Source: Tubulanus polymorphus
Lineage: Eukaryota; Animalia; Nemertea
DNA length: 64,000 nt
Direction: 5' to 3'
Assembly (NCBI RefSeq): GCF_964204645.1
Contig: NC_134031.1
Coordinates: 10,976,088 to 11,040,087, forward strand
Part shown: piece by piece, positions 24,736 through 37,917 of the stretch
How positions within the stretch are numbered: position 1 is the first letter of the stretch
Layout: each line of letters begins with the position of its first letter
Position numbers and translations under genes: made by a program
Notes under the pieces: generated by a model
The model's database searches: none
What the model was told of the DNA's origin: nothing
What the model saw: only the letters and a program-made list of their open reading frames with translations

Positions 24736-27700
24736 ATGGAAGAAAATAAGTACTACTGTTCAACATGTAATATCAATATAGATAAATCCCAAAAATCAAG
24801 ACACAATAAAACTAAAACACATTTAGAGAATAAATTGGAATTATAATATGAAGATGATATATTAGAAACTAAATTAGATGAATTAAAGAATGAAAAAGAA
24901 ACATACAAATGTGATACATGTAATCAATCATTCAGTGATAAAAGATATTATAATGAACATTTAAAATCAAAAAGTCATATTAGAAATAAGAATAATGATA
25001 TTTTAGGTGAGGATTATTTTGATGAAGATAATGATAAGAAACAGATGACAATTAAAAGAATAAGAAATAAATTAAACAATAAAAGACCATACATGGAAGA
25101 TGTAAGAAATTATATTAATTCATTAGATAATAAAAAAGATATAGAAATAACCGAAGCATTTAAAAGTGATATTGGTCCAGCAGCTATTGAGTTTAAATTT
25201 CATAAAGGGAAAACATTAGAAGAAAATAAAATACATTTAGAAAATATGAAAAATATTATAAAAATAATAACTGATGTTGAATACCCTAAATTTAGTATAT
25301 CTTCTAAAGTAAAGTTTATAAAATCTGAAGATAAACCAATATATAATATAAATTCTCATTCACAACATATTATATCTAAACAACATATAGATGAAAAATT
25401 AGATAAATGTTATAATGAAGTAAAAACTAAAATAGAAGAGAAATATTTTGAAGGGTCTGGTTTAATATTTGATGAGATAATATTTATGACTTTACATGTT
25501 TATAACACAAAATATAATAAGTTAGCTAAATCAAAACCAATAGATGAAAATAATGTATCATATTATAAAGAACCAGATATTGAAGCATCAAGTTATATTA
25601 AACCACCATTTAAAACTAATGCTGTTATAAATGTACAAAATTTTGATGATAAATGTTTTCTATGGACAATTATTAGTTGCTTACATCAAACAGAAGATAT
25701 TACACATAGTTTTAGATTAACAAATTATAAACCATTTGAAAATAATTATAAGATAGATAAGTATCCAGTTAGAATTAAAAATATCCCAAAAATAGAAAGA
25801 GATGATAATTTAAGAATAAATGTATTTGATTTAATCAAATTACCAAAAACAAAAGGCAACAATATAAAATATTTTACATTAGAACCTTTATACCTATCAA
25901 AAGAATATGATTCAAATGATGTTATAGATATATTATATTATGAAAATCATTATATGTGGATTAAACAAATCGATTTATTCTTTAGAACAGAAAGTGATCA
26001 TCATCGTAAAATTTATCTATTGAAAATGTTTACATAGATTCAGTAATGAAAGTACATTATTAAATCATAAACAATTATGTGAAAATCATGATTATTGTAA
26101 ATTAGTTTTACCAAATGAAAAAGATAAAATATTAGAATTCAAAAAATATGATTACAAGAATAAAGTACCATTTGTAATATATGGAGATTTTGAATCATTA
26201 AATAAAGAATTAACTGATCAAGATAGAAAAGAAATATATTATAAAAGAAAGAAATTAAATTCTAATGAAAATGATTTTTCAGATGAACCACCAAAAACAA
26301 ATACAATTAAAAAGATTCATCAATCAGCTGCTGCTTTCGGGTTGTATATAAAATCTGATTATCCAGAACTAATTGAAAGTGAATATTATCATTATAGAAA
26401 TGAAAATGTTATCAATCATTTTTGTGACTTATTAATTGAATATGAAATAAGATTTAGTAAATTATTGAATACAAATTATAATGACAGAAGAAGATAAAGA
26501 AGAATTTGTTGCAGGTAAATGTTATTATTGTGAAAAGATATTTAATTATAAAGATAAAAAAGTAAGAGACCATGATCATTTGAACGGAAAGTTTAGAGGT
26601 GCAGCGCATGAGAATTGTAATTTGCAAGCAAAGAAAATACATTTTGTACCAGTTATATTTCATAATCTATCAGGATATGACGCACATTTATTTATCAAAC
26701 AGTTATGCCATTAAATAGAAGAAATCAATAATGAAATAGAAAGATTAAATTCAAATAGATCAAAAGATAAAATACCAACTTATAAATTTAAAATGTTAGC
26801 TAGAACATCTGAGAATTATATATCATTCCAATTTGGTTGCCTAAGATTTATAGATTCATATAGATTTTTAAATAGTTCATTGGATAACTTATCAAAATCA
26901 TTAGTTGATGATGAATTAAGAATATTAAAGCAACACTACCCAAATAATGATGATTTGCAATTAATGAGATATAAAGGTGCAATTCCATATTCTTTCTATA
27001 AAAATCATAATGATTTTAATATAACTGAATTATTGAAAGAACAATTCTATGATGAATTAAAAAATGAATATGTTAAAGATGAAGTATATAATAGAACATT
27101 GAATATTTGGAATCATTTTGGAATGAAAAATCATGGACAATTAGTAGATTCATATCTAAAATCAGATGTATTATTATTAACTGATATATTTGAAAGGTTT
27201 AGAGATGTAAACCTAAAATATTTCAATATTGATCCTTGTCACTGTTATTCTAGCCCAGGTTTAACATGGGATTGTGGATTAAAATTTACAGATATAAAAA
27301 TGGATTTGTTAACAAATATAGATCAATTATTATTATTTAAAAAATCTGTAAGAGGAGGAGTTTCAGGTGTATTAGGTGATAGATATTTCAATGTAAATGA
27401 TAACCCTGGATATAAGTTATTATATATAGATGCAAATAATTTGTATGGTTGGGCAATGATGGAACCACAACCTTATGGAGTATTTGAAATAAGTGAAGTT
27501 TTACAACATGAAAATAATGACAAATTTGATTGGAAGAAAAGAATCCTAGATATTGCAGATGATTCAGATACTGGTTACTTCTTTGTTGTAGACTAGGAAT
27601 ATCCTGAAAACATTAAATTTAAATCTAGAAATCTAGCATACTGTCCCGAACATAGAACTGTAACTCATGAAGAATTATCAAATTATCAAAAAAGAATTAA

Positions 27701-28709
27701 ACCGGAAAATCATATTCATACAGAAAAGTTAATGGTAACTCAAGAAGATAAATATAATTATGTAGTACATTATAGAATGTTAAAGTTTTATCTAAAACAA
27801 GGAATGATCCTAAAAAAAGTACATAGATATATTTCATTCAGTCAATCTAAATGGTTAGAAAAATATATAGATTTTAACACCAAACAGAGAACTGAAGCTA
27901 AAACTGATTTCGAAAAAGATTTCTTCAAGTTAATGAATAATGCATTCTATGGTAAGACTTGTGAAAATATTAGAAATAGAAATGATATTGAGTTAGTTAG
28001 TAATGGTAAAAGGATAAGGCATTTACAATCATATCCTAAGTTTTTAGGTAACAGAATATTTGATGAAAATTTAGCTGCAGTTAAAATGAGAAGAACTTCT
28101 ATGAAATTTAATAAACCAATTTATGTTGGTGCTTCAGTTTTAGAAATATCAAAGCTATTGATGTATGAATTCTATTATAATGTATTACAACCTCATTTTG
28201 GAGAAAAGCATATAGAAATTCTATACTTTGATACTGACAGTTACATATTAAAGATAAAAACTAATAACATAACTGATGATTTAAAAACATTAAAACATCA
28301 TTTTGATTTTAGTAACTATCCTAAAGATCATGAATTGTTTAGCAATGATAATAAAAAGCGACCCGGGAAGTTTAAGGATGAATTAGGTGGTGAAGAAATG
28401 ATTGAATTCATTGGTATAAGATCGAAAATGTATTCATATAAAACTAAAGAACATGAAGCTAAAAAGTTAAAAGGAATTACTAAAAGTGTAGTAGAAAATA
28501 ACATTCATTTCAAAGATTATATCAATTGTATATTCAATGAAGAAGTAAGAAAACATAAGATGAAATGTTTAAGATCAGAAGATCACGAAATGTTTATTGA
28601 AGAGATAGAAAAGGTTAGTTTGAATCCATTTGATGATAAAAGATATATTTTAGATGATGGAATTCATACAGTTGCATATGGTTGCAATTTAGATGAATCT
28701 AAAATTTAA
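24736..28709 (+). pseudogene. polB: Protein-primed DNA polymerase B, intein-free allele, with N-terminal Zn fingers and EndoVII-like domain
   Basis: YGDFES, VRDHDHLNGKFRGAAHENCN, FHNLSGYD, FIDS, YIDANNLYGWAM, KLMNNAFYGKT, YFDTDS, GIRSKMYS, KKLKG. Confidence 0.95.
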
Positions 28710-28790
28710 AAGAGAAGAAACAAAAGAGAACGAGATTATGAAAAGAATTCTAACGTGTTAATTCAGTTTTAATAAAAACATATATTATAA

Positions 28791-29144
28791 ATGGAGAGTA
28801 AACAAACAAACAGTGAGAACAACAAATTATTTCTAGATAGAATAAAAAATACTTCAAATGTCAAATCAGTAGATTATAAATTTAAGAAGTTAAAAGAATT
28901 AACAATCCATAAGAAATATCTAATTACAGATATTGTTACAGTTACTAACAAATATGGAGATAAATTAGTTATACACTTAGAATATGAAGGATTAAAAGGA
29001 AATACATATAAATTCAGAACATATTTACCAGATAGATTTCATAGATTATCAAGTGAAGATTTAGAAGAATTATGTTCTGGTGATTTCTATTTCGTATACA
29101 AAGGTAAGAATGAAAAAGGCCACCATGAAATAGATTTCGAATAA
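28791..29144 (+). CDS. Small conserved Polinton protein, possibly OB-fold ssDNA-binding
   Basis: Intact 117 aa ORF; three homologs elsewhere in the window. Confidence 0.65.
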   Translation: MESKQTNSENNKLFLDRIKNTSNVKSVDYKFKKLKELTIHKKYLITDIVTVTNKYGDKLVIHLEYEGLKGNTYKFRTYLPDRFHRLSSEDLEELCSGDFYFVYKGKNEKGHHEIDFE

Positions 29145-29158
29145 AATATGTAAAATAA

Positions 29159-29920
29159 ATGGTAGAATTAAAAGAATATAGAATACATGTTGATTCTAAA
29201 AAACTTACAAATTATAAATCTCATAATTTACAAGTACAATTAGATAGAGAATTTAAGAATTGTGTTGATTTATAATTAGTAAATGTAAGTTTATGTAATT
29301 CTTTTTATAATGTCTCGAGTAAAACTATTGATCATGATATTTTTTTAATTCATTTTAGAAATATAAATAAATGGTTTCATCTAATTTTAAAACCAGGATT
29401 ATATAATTTAGAAACATTAGCTCAAGAAATTAATAGAAGAGCACGGTTGAAAATTAGAAGTGAAGATAAATTTTTAATTAGATTTATAAAAAGTGATAGC
29501 ACAAATGAAATTAAAATAAAGTAACATGATGAAAGTCAACATTCATTTATGGTGAGAAAACCATTAGCTAAATTGCTAGGAATTGCACCAGATATTGTTA
29601 CAGGAAACGTAGATGGTAATTCAAATATAATGCCTTTTTCACACTTTTAAATTTATTGCAATTTAATTGATGCTACAAAAAAAAAATTTCGAAGCAACTA
29701 AAGACACAAGTTGTAATTCTATTATATTAAATATTATACCATTACAAAATGTTAAAAAATTTGGAACACAAATTAATTATAATTTAGCTGAATGTGATTT
29801 TAAACCTTGTATTTCACGATTTAACATTTTTAAATTAGAAATAGAAATCATAATGGTTATTTAATTGATTTGAATAACTTTCCTATAATTTATGAATTAA
29901 TTATAAGATGTAAAGAGTAA
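29159..29920 (+). pseudogene. Minor capsid (penton-like) protein
   Basis: IHVDS..., SLCNSFYNV, LKPGLYNL, IYCNLID, IIPL, LIDLNNFP; stops and frameshifts. Confidence 0.6.
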
Positions 29921-29936
29921 TTTTTTCACTATATAA

Positions 29937-30502
29937 ATGAATATAACTGTTGGATCGAGTATATGTTTTGGATTTGATTTTAAACATGAGAAAGAAATGA
30001 AATTTAACATTAATGATGTAATAACACATATTAAAAATATTGCATTTTCTAATGAAACAACATTTGAGTATGAAAAAACAATAGATAAAGAAACTTTTAA
30101 TGTAGAAAAGATAACCGAGTCTTTAAGATTTTATGAATTAGATGAAGATTTTATAATTGATGATATTAAAAGAATAATTACTGAAATATATGAAAATGAA
30201 CCTAATAATACTATAAATGTTGAAATAATCATAAATAAGATAACTAAATATTTTGAAGATAGTAATTTTTTTTATAAATTAATGAGTGATAATAAGTGGA
30301 TAATAACTGGTTTATATAATGGAGCATTATTATCAGTTGGAACTGTTGGTTATACAATGGTATAAACAAAAGTATTTAAAATGGGAAGTATTAATGTTGA
30401 TAGATTTGATATAAATGATATTTTTAAATTAACGTTAGCAGTTACTTTATCTAATTTAACTATTGATTATTTGGAAAAACAAAAATATATTCCTCCCATA
30501 TA
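29937..30502 (+). pseudogene. Uncharacterised protein with hydrophobic C-terminal part
   Basis: Homolog of the intact ORF 11549-12127; premature stop at 30363. Confidence 0.7.
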
Positions 30503-30527
30503 AATGCATAATTTTTTTGCTAAATAA

Positions 30528-30945
30528 ATGGCTTCTGCAATTATAACTATTTTAGGATCAGCAATTGTTAACGCTTTAGCATTTACTGGTGGTGGTTATT
30601 TATTTAAACATATTGATAAAAATGGTTCATTAACAGAATAAAAAAGACATAACTTAGCATTAGAAAAATATAATAAAGCTGCAGAAGAATACAGAGAAAA
30701 AAGACAAAACTATATGGATTATATTAACAAGGAATTATATAATCATAGAGATTTTCAATCAGTTGATGATGCAATGCGTTTATATAACGCAGTAACCAAT
30801 AAAGAAAATTTACATCTACATAAACCTACAATATCAGATTATTATACCCCAAGTAATGAACAGAAATAATATGAAATAATTTGGATTTTAGGGGGAACAG
30901 TTATTGTTATATTTGTTGCTTATAAATTTACTCAATTTTTTTGCT
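30528..30945 (+). pseudogene. Small membrane protein (MASAIITILGSAIVNALAFTGGGYLF...)
   Basis: TAAATG start, hydrophobic ends, coiled middle; homolog at 11104-11525. Confidence 0.7.
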
Positions 30946-30951
30946 AAATAA

Positions 30952-31386
30952 ATGGATGATAAAGTTGATAATATTGATATTATTCCTCATGATATAAATA
31001 AAACTAAATTGAAAATATATTTAGAAAAACAAATATTAGAATTTGAAAGTGACTTAAAGATAAAAAAGAAAAAATATTTAAAAAGTAAAATTATATATTA
31101 TCTTATTATCAGTGGTTCGGTTACAATTAGTTCTGTAATAACATTTCTAGCAATATTCAGTCCATTCACACCTTTAGCTATATCAATTGGCGTGTTAGGA
31201 TTATCATCAAGTGTATTAACCGGCATAAGTTCAAAATTAAATATAAATAGTAATAAAGAAAAAATTAAAACTAATATAAAAGAAATTAATAAATCAAGGA
31301 ATACACTAGATTATATAATAAATTTAAATGGTAATATTACAGTTGAAGAACAAGATAAATTATTAAAAGAATTAATAAATTATTAA
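30952..31386 (+). CDS. Two-TM membrane protein
   Basis: Intact 144 aa ORF with hydrophobic hairpin flanked by Lys-rich coils; homolog at 10755-11084. Confidence 0.75.
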   Translation: MDDKVDNIDIIPHDINKTKLKIYLEKQILEFESDLKIKKKKYLKSKIIYYLIISGSVTISSVITFLAIFSPFTPLAISIGVLGLSSSVLTGISSKLNINSNKEKIKTNIKEINKSRNTLDYIINLNGNITVEEQDKLLKELINY

Positions 31387-31402
31387 TTTTTTAATTATAT
31401 AA

Positions 31403-32708
31403 ATGGGGTTTCCAAAAGCTTTCCAATATAATAAATCAATTAAATATAATATTCCTGCTATAGATTTTAACAAAAATATTACATATAAAAATTTAGTTTT
31501 AAATTCATTGACTAATTTAGAAATTTATGTTACTGAATCACAGTTTTTTATTTCTAAAATGGAAAATATACATGTGAATACATATGAAGTTACTTTTACT
31601 CGAGATGAATATCATATGTATAAAGTAAAATGTAATATGAAATATTGGCAGAATCAATTAAATTTTGCTGTTTATTGTGCAACAACTGGTTGTGGTATAA
31701 GTTGGAATGATCATTTAAATAACTTAGATAAAAATTTGAATTATTCTGATTTAAAATTAATTCACACAATATTTAGATTTCACACATATTTTTCAAATCA
31801 GAATAATATTAAATGAATTAGAATGTCCTTTTCCCGGATCTAAATATTTCAAAGAATTGGATAATAATATTAATCTATGTAAGTTTTATAAAATATGTAA
31901 AGAATTTAATATAAATATTAATTCCTATTTTAGAGCGCATGGTAAATTGCAAGGTATTGGTGAAGAGTATGAAATAAAAAGAATTGATTATATGCATAGA
32001 ATTTCAGCTTATCATAATTATAAAATTGATAATAATAATGGTTGGGTTTATTTCATTTTAGAAAATTGTGAAGGTTTTACAAAATCGGGCATACAAAGAA
32101 TAAATCAATCTATTAGAACTTATTTGATATGTATTTTAGGTGCGCAAGTTGAAACAAGATCACCAATAGTTGGAAATGATAGTACTTCATTTGATGCGCA
32201 GAAACAATTCAAAGTATTATTTGAAGATTCCATTCATAATGATAAAAATAGATCGATTCCAGAAAACATTGTAAGATATCAAAATTACTTAGATAAATCA
32301 GATATTAGATTAAATTATTGTATAGGTCCTAATCTATTAATTATTTCTAATGATTTAGTATTAAAGATGGGAAATATAATTGGTTATAATAATCTAATTA
32401 AAACTGCAACAATAAATAATTCATTTGGATTAAATGATATAAATAAAAAGATAATTACTGCTCCAAAATTAATGGAAGGTGAAAAAAATAAAAAACATAT
32501 TCAATCAACAGAAACTAAAACTAATAATATTAAATTAAATAATGATTCTAAAATAAAAGATTACAATACATCAGAAAATATTAAAACTGATAATATTCAA
32601 CATGAAATAATTAAACTAAATGATGATAATAAATCCCATGAAAATGCTAAATTAGCTTTAACTTGTATAGGAATTGTTATAGGAGGAATATTATATTTTA
32701 AATTTTAA
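31403..32708 (+). pseudogene. Uncharacterised conserved protein with C-terminal TM anchor (frameshift near 31795)
   Basis: YWQNQLNFAVYCATTGCGISW, GFTKSGIQRINQSIR; homologous fragment at 55890-56238. Confidence 0.7.
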
Positions 32709-32723
32709 TTTTTTATTATATAA

Positions 32724-34410
32724 ATGGAAGAAGATATGCCAATGGATACTTTTGGTGACACCCCCGGTATAAGTGATGAACCACAACCTGATTTTAATGA
32801 AACTAATATCGATAATGATGATGGAGCAGCATATAATACTAATTTTGGTGAATATGATACTAGTGGGCCTATATTATATGATTATGATGAATTTAAAGAT
32901 GATACTGAAACAAGTGAAAAATTAATAGATTATTTAAGAACCCACGATGAGATAATAATTACAACTAGACCAAAAAGAAAAGATTTAATTAATAGATTAG
33001 AAAAAACAATTATTATACATAAAACATAGTGTAACAAATACAGTTATTGAAGAATTATTACCAAAAAATGTAACATATAACATTGAATCAGAAGATATTT
33101 CAGAACAAATTAGAAAAGATGATCCATTTTTCATAAATAATTTAGAATTTAAAAATGATTCATGGTTTTATAAAATTGAATTGAATAACGAAACTGTATC
33201 AATTCAATTATCTAAAATGGGACAAGAAGATCTGTACCATCCTGAAATGCGAGCAAGATCTACAATTGAAGGTTCAAAAGGCGGTAGAGAATTTCTCAAA
33301 ATTACATGGAATGCAATCGATAGAATAAATGAAGAAGAACCAATTCCTAAAATTGATATTAACAAATATTCACCATTTAAAAATCGAAATTCAAACCCTA
33401 CTGATTTTGATCCAGAAATGGAAGAATATGGAGATCGATCAGATAGATTAAGATCTTCAACACCAGAAACATCGAGAAGAGATATTCAACAAATTGATAA
33501 TGATTCAAATCAATTACAATTAGGAAAACGTTTAGATAACTTACTGGATAGAATGAATTCATTTGAAGAAGATATGATTAGTGTTTTAGATACGCCAGGT
33601 GCTGAAACTGGAATAAATCGAATACAATCTTTACTAGAAAAAGGATTACTTGATTTAACTGATGATGAATTGGAAGCATTTCCTGAACAAGCACGTAGAG
33701 AAATTAAAGGTATGCAAGAATCAGCTGGTGAAATTGCTAATATTAAGATGAGATTTTCTAAAATAACCATGTTAGAAAAAGAATTAACTAATGCAAATGA
33801 AGAATTAAAACAATTAGAATTAAATAGAGATCTTCAAGTAATAGAGGAAGCTGATTATGAAAGCAGAAAGTTAGCTTTAGAAAAAGAAATTGATGATTTA
33901 AAATATAACAAAGAATTTCAGGAAAAAGAAAGAGATATATTATTAAAATCATATGATCTTAATCATATTAAAAGATTAAAAGGTATTTTTAAAGATTTAA
34001 TAATAAAACCAGATTCTAAAATATCATTGAAAGACAGAATAAAATTGTTATTTAAATTAGAAGGAATCACATTTCTTTCAATTCTAACAGCTGTAACTAT
34101 GGTATTCACAACAATAGGTTTAGCTATATCAAGTTCATTAAAATTTACTCCTACTCCCAATAAACCGGATAAACCCCCAGATAATAATTCAATACAAGAT
34201 AAAGTTAGAGATGTTTTGAAAAAATTAGCAAAATATTTATGGGAACTATCTAAAAAATCTGCTGCAGGATTACCCGGTGTTATTGCATCAATTGTTGGTT
34301 TTATATTGAAATCTGCTGGGAATATTCTTAACTTTGCTGCTGAACATATTATTTTTAATTACAGTTGTAAGTGCAATTATTTTTGGGTTAGTTAATATGA
34401 TAAAGAATAA
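32724..34410 (+). pseudogene. Acidic/coiled-coil protein with hydrophobic C-terminal helices (putative membrane-active virion protein)
   Basis: ORFs 32724-33029 and 33181-34395; long coiled coil followed by GITFLSILTAVTMVFTTIGLAI and LPGVIASIVGFIL. Confidence 0.6.
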
Positions 34411-34433
34411 ATAATTAATTTTTTGTCAAATAA

Positions 34434-35690
34434 ATGAGTTGGAGTTATATAAGTCCTTCGAAGAATCATAGAATATCTAATGCTATTTAAGCAGAAAGAT
34501 CACATCATATAATTACTCATAATCCTTCTAATTTTAATCCCGATGAAACTTTATATGTTAGAATGCCTCGATTAACACAAAATACTTTTTTATGTTCCAA
34601 ATAGTAACTATTTATCAGCCGATATAAAAGTAACTGGTCATGATAATAATTATGTTGTCGATAATGTTGGGAGATATTTGATTAAAAAATTAGCTGTAAA
34701 GATTGGGCCAGAAACAGTTTTCTCATTAGATAATTATAATTTATTTATGCATTATAAAGATTTATGGTTAAACAAAAGAAAATAGAAATAATATGATATT
34801 TCAAGGCATCCAATCAGAAAACCAAAATGAATTAAGATCTGAAGCCAATAATGCAGTAGTAACTAATGCTGTAGATAATTTGATAAAAAAGATTTATGGA
34901 AGCAAATATAAAATTCCATTAGATTTTGAATTGATAAATAATAATGCGCCTTTATACAAATACGCAATTCAAGAAGATGTTATATTCGAAATAACATTTG
35001 CTCCTGTAAATGAAATTGTATTATCTAGCGTTAATAAAGATATGTGTTATGAATTATCGAATATATGTTTGGAATATAATACAGTAACTGATGAAAATAT
35101 TGCTAGCATAATTCAAACTCAATACAACCAAGGATTTTCATTATTATATGATTATATTGAAAAATTTAAAATTGTATCATATTGATGCCAATGATGAAAT
35201 AATTAATGAAAATATTAACTTCCCAAGAAGATCTATTAAAGGTATATTAATATTTTTTACCATTGCAACATATACTAATGGTGCAATAAATGTTGATAAT
35301 TATTATAATCCTGAAATATCAAAAGTAGAAATAACAATTGAAAGCATAGCAAATAAAACATTTCGTCAAGGAATGAGAATGATAGATCAATGGCCAGAAA
35401 TTAGAAAACATTTTACGAATGAAAAAGTAAAATCATTTGAAAATTGTTATATTAATCAAATTGATTATTATACCGGCAATAAATATGCATTATGGTTAGA
35501 TTTTAGAACAACAGAGGATAATTCATTACATGGTTCTGGGAAAAAACTACAAAATACTAAAGATGGAATACAATTATTCATGAAAAAGAAAAAAGGAGGC
35601 AAAAATTTCAAAATGCACATTTATATTATTATCTGACGCGCAATTTAATATTGTAAATTCACAATTAGATAGTATTATGTTTCAAGTGTT
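34434..35690 (+). pseudogene. Major capsid protein (double jelly-roll), type A
   Basis: ~420 codons; HNPS..P.ETLYVRMP, VDNVGR.LI, YKDLWL, YKIPLDF, L.NI.LEY, INFPRRSIKGIL, YYNPEI.KVEITIE, ALWLDFRT, HGSG; position in the structural block. Confidence 0.75.
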
Positions 35691-35734
35691 ATGAAATATT
35701 AAAATTTTAATTTTAATAAAAAATCTTATATTAA

Positions 35735-36900
35735 ATGGAAGGTGGAATATATGAAATACAAACTCCAAGTGAAATGATTCCAGATATATATTATATATTA
35801 CCTTATGATGAATACAGTAAGTATTTTGGAGAATACTTTAATCAATTTAAATATAGAATAAGTAAAATAGATAAGAATATTGAATCAAAAAAAGAAAATA
35901 ATATTGAACCTAAAATAGAAGATAAGAATGATATTGAATATAAAACAGAAGATAATATTGAAACTAAAATAGAAGATAGTAATAATATTAAAACTAAAAT
36001 AGAAGATGTAACTGCATCTACATCTTGTAATATACCCTCTACATATGATTTTGAATCAAAAAAAGATTATTATAATCCAAAATATTGTGATGTATGTTAG
36101 AAATATATATCATATAAAAATTGGGCATCACATAAGAAATCAAAGAAACATATAGAAAAAGAAAAGAATAATAATGATAATAATATATCTGGTAATAATA
36201 TAATAGATAATATCATAGATAATGTTAATACAATTGAAACAAATGATACCATAGATAATATAACAGATAATGTTGATAAAATTGAAACTAATGATAATGA
36301 AACGATTGATGATTCTAAAAAACATTGTAACATTTGTGATTTAGATATTTCTAAAAGTAATTTTTCTAAACATAAAAAATCTCAAGCACATATCGAAAAT
36401 GAAAGGAAGTTAGAAGAAATAGAAAGAAATAAAATGTGCCAATATTGTAATAAAAAAAATTGAACCTGTTTATAAAAATACTCATTATAAATCAAAATTG
36501 CATCTAATAAATGTTTATAAAATAATGGGTATGATACCATTGTTAAATAACCCAGAGAAATATATCAAATATTTTAATCCTAAAACTAACCAATATTATA
36601 TATTCTATAAGTTGTTATTTGATAAATTATTAGCTTATGCAGAAGATAAACCTGAACAAATCTATTTTTTATTATATTTTAGAAAAATAGATTTAAGTTA
36701 TCTAATAAAACATTTTGGATAGCAATTTGATTTTGATAATGATGATTTTGATGAATACTATAATGAAAAAGCTAATATACCTACTAATTATCATTCAAAG
36801 ATGACTCGACTAAAACTAATAAATCTACCTAAGACTTTTGATGAATTAGATATAAACAGAGATGATTTTATAAATGTATTAGAAACAAAATTAGAATAAT
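35735..36900 (+). pseudogene. Zn-finger protein with (NIETKIED)-like repeats
   Basis: YCDVC..H.KSKKH, CNIC..HKKSQAH fingers; internal stop at 36098. Confidence 0.55.
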
Positions 36901-36933
36901 TATTATAAAACTTTTAATTTTTTTAATAATTTT

Positions 36934-37270
36934 TATATCTATATACTAGACGTACGTAAGAATCTTGGTAAGAATCCAAGAATCCAAGAAATCTTACTTT
37001 CTTACTCGTACGTCTAGTACATAGATATATATAATAGTTTTCATAAAAATTAAAAACATAAAATTTTTAATCTAAGTATAGAAATAGTTATAATATAATC
37101 TATTTTTATTTTTATTAAGAGAAAACATATAATTTATTCATTTTTATATAATTCATTTAATAATTTATATATCTATGTACTAGACGTACGAGTAAGAATC
37201 CAAGAATTCTTACTTTCTTACTTTCTTAGCAAGAATCTTGGATTCTTACGTACGTCTAGTATACAGAAAT
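36934..37270. repeat. Pair of hairpins between convergent genes
   Basis: TACTAGACGTACG...CGTACGTCTAGTA stems at 36934-37029 and 37168-37270. Confidence 0.8.
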
Positions 37271-37305
37271 ATAAATTAGTTTGTATAATATTCCAAATAA
37301 GGATT

Positions 37306-37917
37306 TTATTTTATAAATTTATATTCATAGGGAAATTGAAGCCGCAGTAATAATTTTGAACCTTTACTATTCTTTAATTTATTCATATATTCATCATGTA
37401 ATTTAGTAGTTATAATTTGATTTTCTTCCAATGATTGTTGCATAGATTTTCTATCTTTATTGTAGAATAAAACTAAAAATCTTATATTCTCCCTAAAGTG
37501 TTTAACAATTGAATTATATTTTTGATTTAAAACCCATGTTGTTATCCCAAAATTTCTTCCAGAGAAAGCTAGATAACATAACTCACTTTCTCTTACTTTT
37601 GAATCATGTAAATTTGCACAATCATCTATAATGAATAATGTATTTGATCCTTTATAAATATCTAATGCTATTTTTATACAATTATCTAAATTTTCTTTTA
37701 CTGTTTTAGGATCTAATATAATAAAATTTTTTATCTTAACTATATCTCTATTATATGTTTTATTCATTTCATAAGTAGGACAGAATAATATTATATTATC
37801 AAAATGATTCTTATATATAGTTTCTAACAAATCTAATATGAAATGTGTTTTACCACAATTGGTTACTCCAGTAACTAACATATTATGCGGTTCAAATATA
37901 AATAAATCTTTATTCAT
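37306..37917 (-). CDS. A32/FtsK-like DNA packaging ATPase
   Basis: Walker A GVTNCGKT, Walker B FIIDD, SGR.FGIT...NQ, R.N; intact ORF. Confidence 0.92.
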   Translation of the reverse strand: MNKDLFIFEPHNMLVTGVTNCGKTHFILDLLETIYKNHFDNIILFCPTYEMNKTYNRDIVKIKNFIILDPKTVKENLDNCIKIALDIYKGSNTLFIIDDCANLHDSKVRESELCYLAFSGRNFGITTWVLNQKYNSIVKHFRENIRFLVLFYNKDRKSMQQSLEENQIITTKLHDEYMNKLKNSKGSKLLLRLQFPYEYKFIK

